A DNA stretch of 60,711 nucleotides, filler included, from Sphacelaria rigidula (lineage: Eukaryota), in the NCBI GenBank assembly GCA_964200075.2. It is 6 parts of 6 records of this genome, joined end to end, with 100 filler letters (N's around TTAATTAATTAA, not from the genome) between each part and the next. Parts side by side here need not be neighbours in the genome. Positions count along the whole stretch, not along the records: positions 20,272 to 30,306 come from CAXNAA020007279.1; positions 30,407 to 40,441 come from CAXNAA020007280.1; 4 more parts are not named here. The stretch is one strand, 5' to 3'. The notes beneath the pieces were generated by a model. It was given only the letters and a program-made list of their open reading frames with translations, was not told the origin of the DNA and ran no database searches. Positions 23,900-36,391 of this stretch are shown in pieces. The translations under genes were made by a program, and so were the position numbers. Each line of letters begins with the position of its first letter. Positions within the stretch are counted from its first letter, which is position 1.

Positions 23900-26435
23900 G
23901 CCAAAACGTGCGCTGAAGTATAAACAAGTCTTTATTTACTTGATTAAAGTACAAAATCGCCCTTGTTGGGGGTTGTTTTCACGGTAAAACACCTCGCCGA
24001 TTCAGTTTTTGGGGTTGAGCAACGAAAGTTGGTGCACATGTTCCTTGGAATACCACCTATCCCTAAAATGTCAAACTCTTGGTGTTGGGGCATTCTGTAC
24101 CGGTTTCCTGGGGTCTTTATTCTGGGACCCCCGGAAGCCGGTAGAGAACGGGGAAACTTTGAAATTTTGCCGAAAACATAATTTTTCCATTTGGGGCACC
24201 AATACCTACGGAACTGCCAAGTTTGAGGATGATCTGAGCTTTTCTCCAACAGATAAAAGGGAAATCGTCTCGAGGCTCCGTGGGTCTTTCGTGCGTATCC
24301 TGAGTAGAAATTAGATGACGCCAAAGCTCCACATCACCGGAACATTACGGTTTTGAACAAACTTCGACCCCGTTGGAAGCCTTTTCAAATCTGTTTCTCC
24401 CGTTAGATTCTCAGCTGATCGCGATTACTACAAGTTGAACCATGTGGAGATTCGGTGGAAATTGGGCTTGGAATTCGTGTTTTCGATTTCGGAACAATTT
24501 CAAAGGCGCTGATTGGTCGAGACATATTTTTGTCCATAGCGCCACCGCTATGGCCTTGAACACAAATCCGGCTCCGTCACCATTTTCGTCTGTTCATTGC
24601 GGTCAGTATGATACTATATTTGTGCATATTGGCTGGGTAATGCGTTCGTCATTAGCCGGGGAATACTTTTTGGGTATTCAATCTGAACCAGCTTGTTGTA
24701 CCTGGGGTTAGTCTACTGTTGTGACCAAGGCTCGCGACTGTCTGCGGATCAAGTAAGGCTCGACAATCGATTTAACCATGGACCGCACGGAAAAACATTG
24801 CCGTGAGGATGTCCAATATGCGCACAACCTCCGGTAGAGATTTGTTCGAGTTCCATAATGTTCGGACACCTCATACTAGCTACACATCGTGGGCTTTCCT
24901 CCCACGGAAACGACAGGTGTTACTGAATATAGAATATTTCACCCGAAGGGAGGTGTGTACCTCTGGCCCTCTGGGAAGTAGATCTCGTTGTGTATATACC
25001 AAATCGGTCACACTCTTTCGTGGGGGAATCCAAGTATTGTACCGTGCCTTGATATGTGCACCCAGAACCACAATGAGATGACTGACAGAAGCGCTGCGAG
25101 GAGGAGTTAGGTTCACGGGAGGTACCTTCTTAGGAGAATCAACCCTGAGTCCATGTGCAAGAGAACAAAGTTCCCATTCATTTGTTATTCGGTCGTGCGT
25201 CACGTTGCTCTGGCTCTCTCCCTCTACTTGTGATTTCGGGGTATTTACTACTACTACTGTGGCTGTGTGATGCCGCCCGGACAAACTGATCTGTACAGTA
25301 CCGTTTCTCATATCGATCGATTTTGATTCCGCGGGCTTCACGAACTTTCGACCGTGAGTCAGCCAGTTTCGAGTTGGTAATGCTTACCAGAACACCGCTG
25401 TGTGCTTTGACCTTATGCATACGTGGTTGCCCAACAGTAAAGATACCCAACTCGAGGTGGTAAAAGCGACATGTTTCCTGTGCGCAGGATCCATTTGATA
25501 GAATGTAGCGCTGTGCGATCAGCCCCCTGAACGACACTCCACGGAACTTTCCGTGGCCGAGGACTATTTCTCATGGTATATCTTGTTCGCGTGAGGTTTC
25601 ACCAATAGGCCCATCTTCCATGATCGACTGAAAAAGCGGGGACAAGAAAGATGCATATCAAACACAGGTACAGTATTACAAATGTACTTGCAAATTATTT
25701 TCAAATTTACAGGGAACCTCATTTCGAGATACTTGACCTCTAAACTGGGGTGAAAAAATAGTTTGTGGCTCACCAGCACCGCGCAATTGCCAAGTGGACG
25801 AGCAATCACTGTTGTACTGTGATGTCGTCTACTCTCACTGCACTCCCAAGATTAGTACGCACTAATGGCAGGGAAATATTGAGGTGCTTATCGCCACGTG
25901 ATGCAGCGGTTCAAATGACAAACACCAAGGGTGATAACAAGAGAGCAGAGGGTGTAAACACGTTTTTTCCCGGATGTAACATACTATCAAGATGTATATT
26001 AAACTCGAGGTTTCACAGTAATTTACAGTCAAATATATCGGGAACCTCGAGTTTGAGATACCTACCTATAATAAGAGACATGTGAAATAAATAATTACAA
26101 TGGGCTCGGACACCGAGTTCTGGGGGATTCGAAAAGTCAGAATATGAAGTGTGCGGGGTATGCGCAGAAGACCGCTCGCGGGTGCGGCCCACAGGGTCAG
26201 TCAGCGTCGCGGCACCACCAGCCGCCGTAACCGGCATATTTTTTCTTGTCGAATTCCAAGATCGCTGTATCATGGATGATGACGAAAAAAGGAAGCACAC
26301 ATCCTGTGCGCTCTTGCCATACCTCTTTTGACCAACATGTCCTGTTTTTCCGCATCGAAATGTAAGATGTGGAGATCTGCGTCTCACGTGTACTCGTACC
26401 GTCGATGTGTATGATTTTCTGCGTTTTTTCTCAAA

Positions 26436-26528
26436 CCCTTCACAATTGTGGGCGATCTGAGAATAAGATTTATTTTCGCATGAAAATGATGCCGATTCAG
26501 CAGGTGACCCACCCTGGTGTTGAAAAGG
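26436..26528. mobile_element. Degenerate member of the ~100-bp MITE family
   Basis: Begins CCCTTCAC, ends CCCTGGTGTTGAAAAGG, and has the core TTTTCGCATGAAAATGATGCCGATTCAGCAG. Confidence 0.5.
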
Positions 26529-26534
26529 TCACCA

Positions 26535-26602
26535 CCAAAGGGTATGACATTCTAGCATGCTAGAATGTCTGTCATAGCATGCTAGAATGCCATACCCTTT
26601 GG
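26535..26602. repeat. 68-bp hairpin element
   Basis: CCAAAGGGTATGACATTCTAGCATGCTA ... TAGCATGCTAGAATGCCATACCCTTTGG, flanked by TCACCA / TCACCG. Confidence 0.75.
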
Positions 26603-27107
26603 TCACCGCGAAGAACAATCTGAAATCATCAGATAATTATTGTTTTTTTACCGCCGGCCTTAAACAACACGCTCCATGAGACGCGGTATGCTATTTACTG
26701 CATACTCGAGATTGTTCAAGCCGATGTTCTGGGTGTGGCAGGATCAGACAGAGTAAGCAATGCAAACCGCAGCTTGTCAAATATCGAGAAGCAACTCTTC
26801 AGGTCAGACACGACCAGTACAGGTCGTGCGCGGAACATCTCATCACGCGGTGACTAAAGGTGTTTGCTACCAACATGTTCCGATGAAGATGATACTTGGA
26901 AAGTATAAGCGTCATGGGTCGGTCGCGGGACACGTCGGCGTCTGCAAAAATATGCGTACCGTAGACAACTAGACTGCGTGCTGACATGGTGATGATACCG
27001 TACAGATGGTAGTACAATACAGTTGTGAGCTCGGTACGAGACACCCCATAGCCCCGACGCAGCAACGAACGCATAAGCAACAATAAACAGCACACATCTG
27101 CTCTCAC

Positions 27108-28231
27108 GTAACATGTAGGGATAGGACCAGTATAGATCGTCCCCGCCCCCGGTGTGCTTGGTGCAATAATCTTGCCCATCCTCGTAAGTCGGAAAGTCAA
27201 TTTGGTCAGCGCAGGCGTCGACAAACTCCAAGCAGAAGCTGTTGGTCATGGTCAAGCCGTCCAGTGTCCCAAGGTCGGAAAGAAGCCGCTCGAAAAGGTG
27301 CCCGCTGAAAGGGCCGCAAATCGCGCACAGCACCTGGGAACGTTCGTGCGGAATCAAAGACGACGACAATGGTGTTGTATCGGCATCCCATCCACATTGG
27401 TATTATACATGAATAAGACGGTTCACAAGAGTTATTTTCACACAGAGACAGTCGACTAAAGGCGGGCGAGATCGCGAGTACACGTGGGATCCAGCGCGGG
27501 AAGCGATGACCACATGGGGGTACGGTGAACGCATACGCAGTCCGTGTGGCGACGCATCATGGCCACTTGTGCGCCCGGGGGTCACCAGATGAACTGTACA
27601 GTAGTGCAGCCCGCCGCAACTGAACCCAATAAAACCTTCACTGATGACTTAGTAACTCTTGTTCGACCAGCTTCAACAACTCTTATCAATACCCAGTATG
27701 TACATTGTTTTCACATTATGGCTCTTTCACTCGTCCAAATCATGCCCGTTGAGATTAACTAGCATGTTCCAGCACTGGATAGCAATGATCTTTAGATGAG
27801 TCGTCGATACAGACACCACACAACTTACTCGGATATACAAAAGTACACAAGCTCTGAGTGCAGACGGTCCGCAGACACAACAGTGGGTCCTAGATTTGTA
27901 AAAGTTGGAGATATTGTCCGACACAATTTGATGGGGCACTCGATATACTTACGAGTTTCATGCAGCCGTGCTGTTGTACCTACCATGATGCATGAGACAT
28001 TACGACACCAACCTCTTTGTAGTAATCGCCGCATTCAGCAGTAAGCGTGCCAGCAAGGTTGAAACGTTCCTCCACGACCCCTTCTTCCGCTTCTGTGCAG
28101 CAAACGCCCTCATCGGCAGTAGGACAGAAGCTAAGCGTTTGGTCTAGATCAACGGCCTTGGATATGCAGTGTGCGTGCGCTGCGGCATACCCAACGCCCC
28201 CGACGAAAACCAGTAGAGCCAATTTTCCCAT
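27108..28231 (-). CDS. Secreted Cys-rich protein with folate-receptor-like/HHIP(HIPL1)-type N-terminal domain; exons 28231-28013 and 27333-27108; later exons not identified
   Basis: Signal peptide MGKLALLVFVGGVGYAAAH, then the Cys pattern C..LSFC......CC..(C..YYKE|VLCA.C.P.S.HLF)...FC..F.DAC typical of the HHIP-like CRD. Phase-0 GAG|gt...cag|GTG junction. Confidence 0.75.
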
Positions 28232-30306
28232 GTTGTTTAGCTTGGAATTTCAAGTGCTGCCAAATCCCTATGCACTCCAAACTTGGGCTGTCCTGAACAG
28301 TAGCTTGACCTCTAAGCAGAAGCTTGGCCTCCAAAGGTATGATTCCGAGGGCAGTGGAAAGAAAAATCGATGGGGGGATCAGCGTGAAGTCCAATGACGC
28401 TTTACAAGTGGAGGGAGTGTGCGAGGTATGGGAGACAGGGGTTCTGCCTTTGCACGGTATCTTGGACCATAATTTAATGCTATACGCAGCCTCTCACGTC
28501 ACACTCAACGCCGTATCCCAGAGATTTTTTTGTGAGAGGAAGAATTGGATAACTAGCTCTAGATTGCTGCGGAACAAAATTTCGCTCACAAAAAGCCTGG
28601 TCTCAGGGGGTTTATAGTCTATATCAACCGATATTTAGTCTATATCAGCTATATATTTAGCAGCCGATTCTCAATTTCGGGGTTGGACCTTGGTTGAACA
28701 CTAAAATCAGGGTCAAGCGGCATAACTTTTCACAGGAATGGCGCGAAACAGTTACACCAAGGGAAACCGTCTTCCCCGCCAAAAATCTGTAGATACGACT
28801 TGTAGGCGCACCGAACGAATGCGGTGTACACGCGTGTCGATGGGGATACCACCGGAGGAGTAACGGCAGAAAAGAAGCTCCTCGCCCGTGTCCTTTGTGT
28901 GCCCTCGTTCGGCGATTCCCAATCGCTCGACAGACTGGCACCGTGCATGTTACCGGCATGTAACCAATTTCCCATATGCCGGTAGGCAGGTTATTGCTGC
29001 ACAGCCCCCCAAAGAACATCTAGGTGCCGAGGGGTGTCGTCTCTTCGTGTCTGCGGAGCTTACCAACGCAAATATCGGTTTCTCTCTGCCTCTCGTTTTG
29101 GACAGGAGGCGCCTCGGTGTGCTGCAGAACACGTCGTTGAAAAACAGGGCGATGTTCCCGTCACCGCTACTGTTCTCTGTCACACACATGCCAGCAAGGA
29201 CGGTGCTGGGGCAATAACAGATCCAGCCTCAACTTGGGGGGTGTTATTCATCGTTGATGTTACCCAACATGTGTACGAGCTGGGCCAGCCTAGACGCGAA
29301 TTCGTGGTTTGCAAACCCCGTCTCCCCTAAATTTTGGAAGCTGAACTTTAAAATTGTTGATAGCACCGCGACTAGTTGAGGCGCCGTGCTCGTCCTTTGA
29401 GGATTCTTTTTTTTTGCTACGGAAAGTGTAATTCGTGCGCAAAAGACATGGCACGGGCACATTGCATCTCAACTCCCACCGGCGGAGTACGAGTACCGCT
29501 ATATTGCATTTTTAATGCTCACGCCACATTAGCTTGATTCCTCGAACACTCTAGTTCGATCCCTCCGAACCGTGGTCACAGGGTGCAAGGAGCATACCAC
29601 CCATTACCATAAAACCAAGAGTTGACAGAGGGAATCTGTACACAAAAGCGGTATACAAAAAGAACGAGTCCGCAAAAACCGACCGAACTACAAGGAACAC
29701 ACTGCAAGCTGAAAAATTGCCGGTGTGCGATCTAGATGACCACCTTGCCACCTACTGCTGTTCAGACGTGCAGTAACAGCAAACGCATGAATCGAAATGT
29801 CGCAGGAACAAAAACCAACCCCTAATAGACCTAGTAATATTGGAAAAGATCCCAGGTTCAACGAAGTAAGGAAATAGCTTCATCACCGAAGAATCAATTA
29901 ATAATTGTAACATCAACTGACCTGACTCAACACCAATATCAAGCGACTTGATCACCCTACGAGTACTACTAGTTCAGTGTAACTTCCCTGAGCTAATCCA
30001 AGTTCGAGAAACTTGATCTTCCCGCCCTCAAATCAGATAATTCGTCATCATGTTTAAACTAGCTCCATAGATAACTCAGGACACCCCCCCCCCTCCCCTC
30101 CCCCCTCTTGGCCCCCAAAAGCGCCGGCGGGAAGAAAAATGAGTAGGCACGGTTGGTGGAAATCGATTTCACCGCGTTTCTGTACGAGGAAAGAAAGATG
30201 AAGCTCAGGCACAGAAGATGATACAACGCCGAAAGAAACGGAGCCCAAGATGACAAGAAACGAACCCGCTCAACAGTCACAGATGCTGCCGAAAGCTGAC
30301 GTGAAT

Positions 30307-30406
30307 NNNNNNNNNNNNNNNNNNNNNNNNNNNNNNNNNNNNNNNNNNNNTTAATTAATTAANNNNNNNNNNNNNNNNNNNNNNNNNNNNNNNNNNNNNN
30401 NNNNNN
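30307..30406. other. Artificial contig linker
   Basis: N44-TTAATTAATTAA-N44. Confidence 0.98.
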
Positions 30407-33254
30407 GCGGGCGACGAGGCAGTGTCCGATGCCGATGTGAGCGTCGGCGTAGGTGTCGGCGTCTGCGCAGGTGTCTGCGTCGGCGTAGGTATCGGTGTCT
30501 GCGCTGATGTTGGCGTTGATGATGATGATGATTCCGGCTCCACCGCACCCCCTCCGTTGACAAAATCTGGAACGGGGATCTCTGGTATCACCCCGCCTCC
30601 CCCCCCCCCCTCGCGGGGACGGTGAAGGCACTTCGCCCCCTCCCCTACTGACGGGGATCTGCGATGCTGCTCCGCCCCTCCTACCGACGGAACTAGGCGG
30701 GGAGGACGGCGCGCTTGAGGAACCGCTGGGCGAAGTGTCCACTGCCGAGCTTTCCGTCCTGTCTTCACCCACATCCTGGCCTTGATCGACGCTTGAATCC
30801 TTCAGCTCGCCTGGCGTCTGCATCGTTTGTGCTCTCATTTGCGTCGATCTTGGAATCGGTGCCCGCAGTCCCTTCGCCTCTGAGCAGCCGCGGCAGGGCT
30901 GCAGCTTCTCAGCCAGCTGCTTTCCCTGCTGCTTCGTCGTCTTCCTCAGTAAATCCTCGTGGACGTGAGCGTGGGAACAGTGGAACTCGTTGATGTTAGC
31001 GGTCTGGGGGCTAGGCTGAGCCCCTGGGGCAATAACATCATATGCCGAAGCACACTTGTCACGACCACTTTGATCGAGGCGGCGGGCGTACATTGAGAGT
31101 TGACGTGGTTGTCCGGGTATCATCAGTGTATTGCCTGAATTGAGATCTACCTGAAACCTGTACGAAAACCAGTGTAGGTGTGTCCCATGTGTTGGACCCT
31201 CGGGAGTGATAAGAGGTGATCACGGACACCAGGTACATGGGCAACATCCACTAGTTTTAGGATTGCATCCTGTCCGTTAGATCTGAAGGCAAGAGACAAA
31301 TTTCCTCTGCCTACGATCGGGTAAGTACTACCTCCCGCGCACCGTAGTGCCCTACCCTTGCACTCTCTGCACTCCGTCATCCCATAGGAATCGTGGGAGA
31401 AATGCTTGGTAGCCCCCGTGTCAAATACCCACGGTTCGCCCTCACCCTGCTGACTATCACCCCCCCGCTCAACACTCAATGCATACTCGCCTGTGTCGTC
31501 GTTGATGGTGGTGTCAAGAGAGGTGAAAGCCTCCCCATCCGCCACCGAACAGACGGAGGAGCTGTCGCTGTCGTCGGCCGCGACCATCGCCATCACCGCG
31601 TCTTCTTTCTTCGCTGTCGATCTCGGACAGTCCCAGAACGTGTGCCCCTGCTGACCGTACCTCCCGCAGTATCTCTTCGGGCAGTTCCTGGCTCGATGGG
31701 TCGTGTTCTCGTCGCAAACGTGGCAGCGGAGCAGCTGCCCAGTCGCCGGTTTGCCGTCCGACGATGCCGACCCAGAGCTACTTGAACTCCGGCTCCCGCT
31801 GTTTTTCTAACCAGAGCCCTGGGGTTTTTCCGGTTTTCCCTTGCGGTGCGCACTGCTCGGTTTCCCGGTCCCACCCCTGCCAAGGAGAGCCTGGTCGCCC
31901 GGGGATGACTTCCTTCCCCGGGCAAGTTCCTGCTTCAAAGATGTTGATGCGAAGCGCTTTCGGATCGAAGTCAACACAACCTCCCGTGTCGGCGGTCCCT
32001 CTCGATCCTCGAGCAGTTGCTTCTGGATGTGATACTCGAAGGGCAACGCGTTGAGGAATTTCAAGAGAAGACGGCTTTCGCTTGGTCGTTCATGATCCTC
32101 GTATGAATTCAGGTTACGCGCAATTTCCTCCATGTCGAGCAGCTTCTGCTCTAGATCATCACGGACACCAATCTTGACTCCATCGAACTTTTCCAACAAA
32201 GCGGTTCCCGCCCCATTTGTTTTGGGGCGAAAGACATCCCCGAGTTTTCTCCAAATCGCAGCAGGTGAGTGGACTCTAAGCAAAATATCTTGCTCCCTCC
32301 TTCCTTCTAAACTAGCTACAAGCATTCGTCTGGCCCTTACGTTGGCCGCCACTGTGTTCTTCCCATGTCTGGTCTCTAGATACCCCATTTCTATTTCTGG
32401 ATTACCGACATCTACATCGTAAGAACTATCGCCGACCATGGTGAACACCCAGCCAATTCCTTCGCCCCTTGCGAAGTCGACCAGTTCATGCCGGTACCGA
32501 GCATGATCAGCGCTCTTCTCTGAAAATTTTGGGACGTTCTGTCGAATAGCGGGAACCCGTGACACATTTCCACTTGTATCGTTTATTTGGATTGACTCAC
32601 GTGCGGGGACAAAGCAAAGCCTCTAGCTTCGTCACTGGTGGCCTCGTTGTCCATTGCGTCGTGCGCTCCGTCCTCTGGAACAGCTTGACTTCCGATATAC
32701 CGTCGCTCCCTTCGAACTCCAGCACCACGTCGCTCTCCTGCTCTATTTATGTTGAGTTCCCCCTGTTGACTATGGGAACCTTCACTATCGAGGACGCCGT
32801 TGTTTTTTGTGCCCCCGGCCTCTCTTTCTGCCCTCATATTGTCCATGTTACTCTATAAAGTAGCTTGGCTTCGCTGCATATCACGCATGAGCTGAGCCAA
32901 GGAACTGATCTGACTACGTACTTCCTGTAACTGCTCTGTAACCCCCTGCTCACCCATAACTGTAGCAGGCCTATCACCCTGTTCTGCCATTCTGCCCAGC
33001 CGGTTGTAACACTTGTGTATTCCGTGGCCCGTGGCGAAGGATAGATAGTTCTATCTTTTGTATTATTGGAGAGTGCCTAGACTGAGTCGACCCTATGACT
33101 GAGGGATCAGATGTTGAGTGAGCTCAGCAGGCAGCGTGGTAGCTGCCATGAGCGGGGTACTGTAGTCACACACACTCGACTACCAGTACCCGCACGTCCG
33201 CATCATTCTATCCGCACATGTGCATGTTCACTCAGTGTACCTGCTCACATGAAC
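30407..33254 (-). mobile_element. Ty1/Copia LTR retrotransposon, degenerate 5' part (putative LTR from 33112, gag, CCHC knuckle, protease, GAG-pre-integrase)
   Basis: Gag-like ORF 31807-32565 (IW.KL...F; FLNALPFEY). CHVCDENTTHRARNC knuckle at about 31680-31730. Copia protease WVFDTGATKH...IVGRG.L..LKLVDVAHVPG...LLSL. FHCSHAHVHEDLL...CRGC pre-integrase. Frameshifts and stops throughout. TG start of the LTR on + at 33112; the outer LTR boundary is uncertain. Confidence 0.85.
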
Positions 33255-35375
33255 ATACAGTAACCCGTGCATTGATGTGCATAATTTGATGTGAGCATGG
33301 GACCCTTATTTTTTTGGTGTTATAACTTGTGCAATGTCTCGCACTTGAAAAAACATTGAAGTGCATTGATTTGCATAGCCAATCAGAGCGCGCAGAAGAG
33401 AGAAGTATGGCACGAAGGTGCCGTGGCGCTGTTGAAATGATGGCTCAGCCGTAGGAGCCGCATGGGGGTTTGGATAGCGATTTTCTGGTCGGTTTGGAGA
33501 GATGCATCACTAGCACATCCATCGCATGCAATACGTCGGCACCGCACCGAACGATGGAGTAAGCTACTGTCTTAACAAGCTCCGAATACCCTTCGTGCAC
33601 CCTTCTTAGACGGTGTGTGTGCGTGTGTGTCGGCAGTGGTGGTTGTGCTGTTGGCGCCAAGTGCGGTCGCCGTTTGCAGACAAACCCAGGAGAACGCGAT
33701 TTTCTTTTAAACTGAAGAGCAGAAAAAAACCTGTAGCATGCAACCTGCCTGCTGTGCTACACAAAGCGTACGCGACCGCACCGTCTGCATGTTAGGTGAT
33801 CACAGCTCGTGGATTGGTGAGTGTGTCTGAGCGCACGGCTGACCGAAAGCAAGCATCCTAATATATAAAGTGTTTGCACTGAGCTTTACGGTGCCTGTTG
33901 CTTTGTTCGACGGCGATTTATTGCCGCTGACGACCCCGGCAACAGCAATGATTAATAACCTGAGCAATTTTCCGAAGGCAACGCAGCTGTCCGGCTGTCC
34001 GTGCAGATACAACAGCATGTCACAGCATCATGAAGCAGGTAGTTGCAGCCGTGTGGTTGTGAGCAGGAATGCGCGTTGTCATGAAGCCACGCATCGAGTA
34101 GCCCCTTCATCTATCTCCTGCTTGATCATTTCTACAATCTGTATATTCATTTATTTGTGTATGCTGCTGCTGCATTCCGGGAGAGACCACCAGGTGTTTC
34201 TAGTCAGGTGACCTCGGGTAATTATCGCTGTTAACCTTTTTAGAACCCTCCCCTCCCGTCCTCGGGCCAGACGCCTCGTTATTTCAAGTTCTGACAAAGA
34301 AGAAAAGACGGAAACAGAAAAAATCGACGGCAATCATTTTTAGTGTGAAAGACAAAAGAAGATTCCAGAAGCATATGTCATGGATGTACCGAAAATGAAA
34401 CCCCGGAGCGGTCGGGTTGAGTTTACCCAGAAATATCACGCGACGGGCGAAGTGTGTCCAATTGTATGCATCGACAAAACTTTCGCGAAAGAGTACAAAT
34501 TCCCATATAAGTGGTTTTTGTCAGCGGGAAAGACCTCAATTCGAGTTCGGTGCGCGAATGTGTCACATCAGTATACTTGAACTTAGAGTGGCGCACCAGT
34601 ATGCTTGAAATTAGAATCTTGCACTGTCTTGGCGGGCTGCATCATCAAAACTTGGCGAGCGTGGGAAGCCACACTATACGGTGACAATGATATGGCGAAG
34701 CAAGTGGAATTCCCGTCGCCACATGTGGAAGCGCCGAAGAGCAGCCCATATGCAATTCACGTTCAGCCGGAAGAGGTGGCTGAGAAGCACGGCCAAGACG
34801 CTGCCAGGCGTTTCGCTGAAAAAGCTGCAAGAGCGGTGGAGGCAGCCCATTGCTCCCCGGCGTACACCGCCCCCTCCGCTCGCTTACCGAAGGTCAGCAC
34901 AGTAACCGCAGCATGAGAAAACGCTGCGAGGCACACAGGAGTATGTGGAAGACATCAGGCGGATGTGATAGCCAGCGTCCAGACAGGCGACATATTGGCA
35001 AACGGACGACAACCGACCGGAACATCCTTCCGCAACCAGCCTAACTCAACGACAACTACAGTCAGTAAACACACTTCACTACAATCCCGTATTACTGAAT
35101 AAGGATGTTACGGTCTTCCATGCAAGAAAACAGAAGGTGTGTAAATTCATTGCATGAAACCCCAACGCCGTGCACGAGGACAGACGGTCTGACCGCGGTA
35201 GCGCCAGCCGGAGTAATACACCTCACGCAGCACAAATTACGGCTGTGCAACCTTCAGGCATGATCAACCGGCATTATAGAGGTGGTGTCGTGGAAACTTA
35301 TAGCACAAAGCGCAGGATGAGATAGCGGTAAGATCACAGCCTACAAATTGACAGCCTGTTTCGCATATGCCAAAG

Positions 35376-36391
35376 CTGGCTACAAGACTCTTCCGTACAG
35401 AGCGGTGCTCGAGATGACCAACCGCGAGCGGATCGAGATGACTATCCGCAAACGTCGACTCTGGTTCGCGGGAGCCCTTGTGCGGCAGAAGGAAACACGC
35501 CTCCCTAAGCGCGTCATGAACGGGTCGGTTAACAGCACGAGGGCCCAGGGAGACTGGCTGACCCCCCGAGCGATGGAAGGATAATCTCCAGGAGAACGTA
35601 CGTGCACTAGGTGCTGTTCCGCACGAAGGAGCCCAACGGAAATCGTTCGTCTACGGTGTAAATGCTATCGATGCATACGATTGGGTCATTGCGGCGAAGA
35701 ACATGGGCAAATGGCATTGATTGATTGATTATCTTATTTGGGTCGGAAAAGGAGCGGAAGAGTTTGAGGATACCTGGCGACGCGCGGACAAACGAGCATC
35801 GGACCGCCGTCACAAACGAGAGGCTGCTGCGTCGAGGGCTGCCAATCGAAGAACCCTGTCTGCTCATATCGGTTGTTGATTGTATCCTTAGTCGATGGTT
35901 CTGCGGTGCCTCGTAGTGTGTGTCTGTATCTACTTTGCTGCCTTGAATTCCCCTGGCTCCACCACTTCCGTAGTCTCCCTCTCTGCACTCCCTTTCCCCC
36001 ATATTTATCTCTCTATATATGTGTTCTTTCCTGCCGGTGTATGTCAGAGCAGTGTGGTGCCTCGCTTCATTGTATTCTTCCATGATGAGAGGGTTCATAC
36101 CCCAAATAGTACGGTCGTAGTAGAGGAGCAGCAAATTTTCCCCACGACCTTTTTTTTTTTCACGACTGGGTATGAGAGTAGTTCTGCGCAAGACCTTTTT
36201 CCATCGAAGCCATGTGGCGGAGGCCGGTCGGGTTTTTTTTCGCGGTCTACTCCGTTGTTCTGTTCTACCTCTTCTATTTCTTAGTTTTTATTCAGCGAGT
36301 GTTCGGTTTTGTTTTGTCTCAGGTACGTCCATCATGTGGCCACGGCTGGATCCGTGGGGGGTCAGTTGAAGTGCGACAATCAATCAATCAA
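35376..36391 (+). mobile_element. RTE-clade LINE, 5'-truncated 3' fragment with (CAAT)n tail
   Basis: YKTLPYRAVLEMTNRERIEMTIRKRRLWFAGALVRQKETRLPKRVM matches the copy at 42290-43531. The 3' terminus GGTCAGTTGAAGTGCGACAATCAATCAATCAA is shared with that copy. Confidence 0.85.

Noticed and set aside
34691..34892. Ala/Glu-rich exon-like ORF (MAKQVEFPSPHVEAPK...)
   Set aside because: No family could be recognised and the splice context is unsupported.
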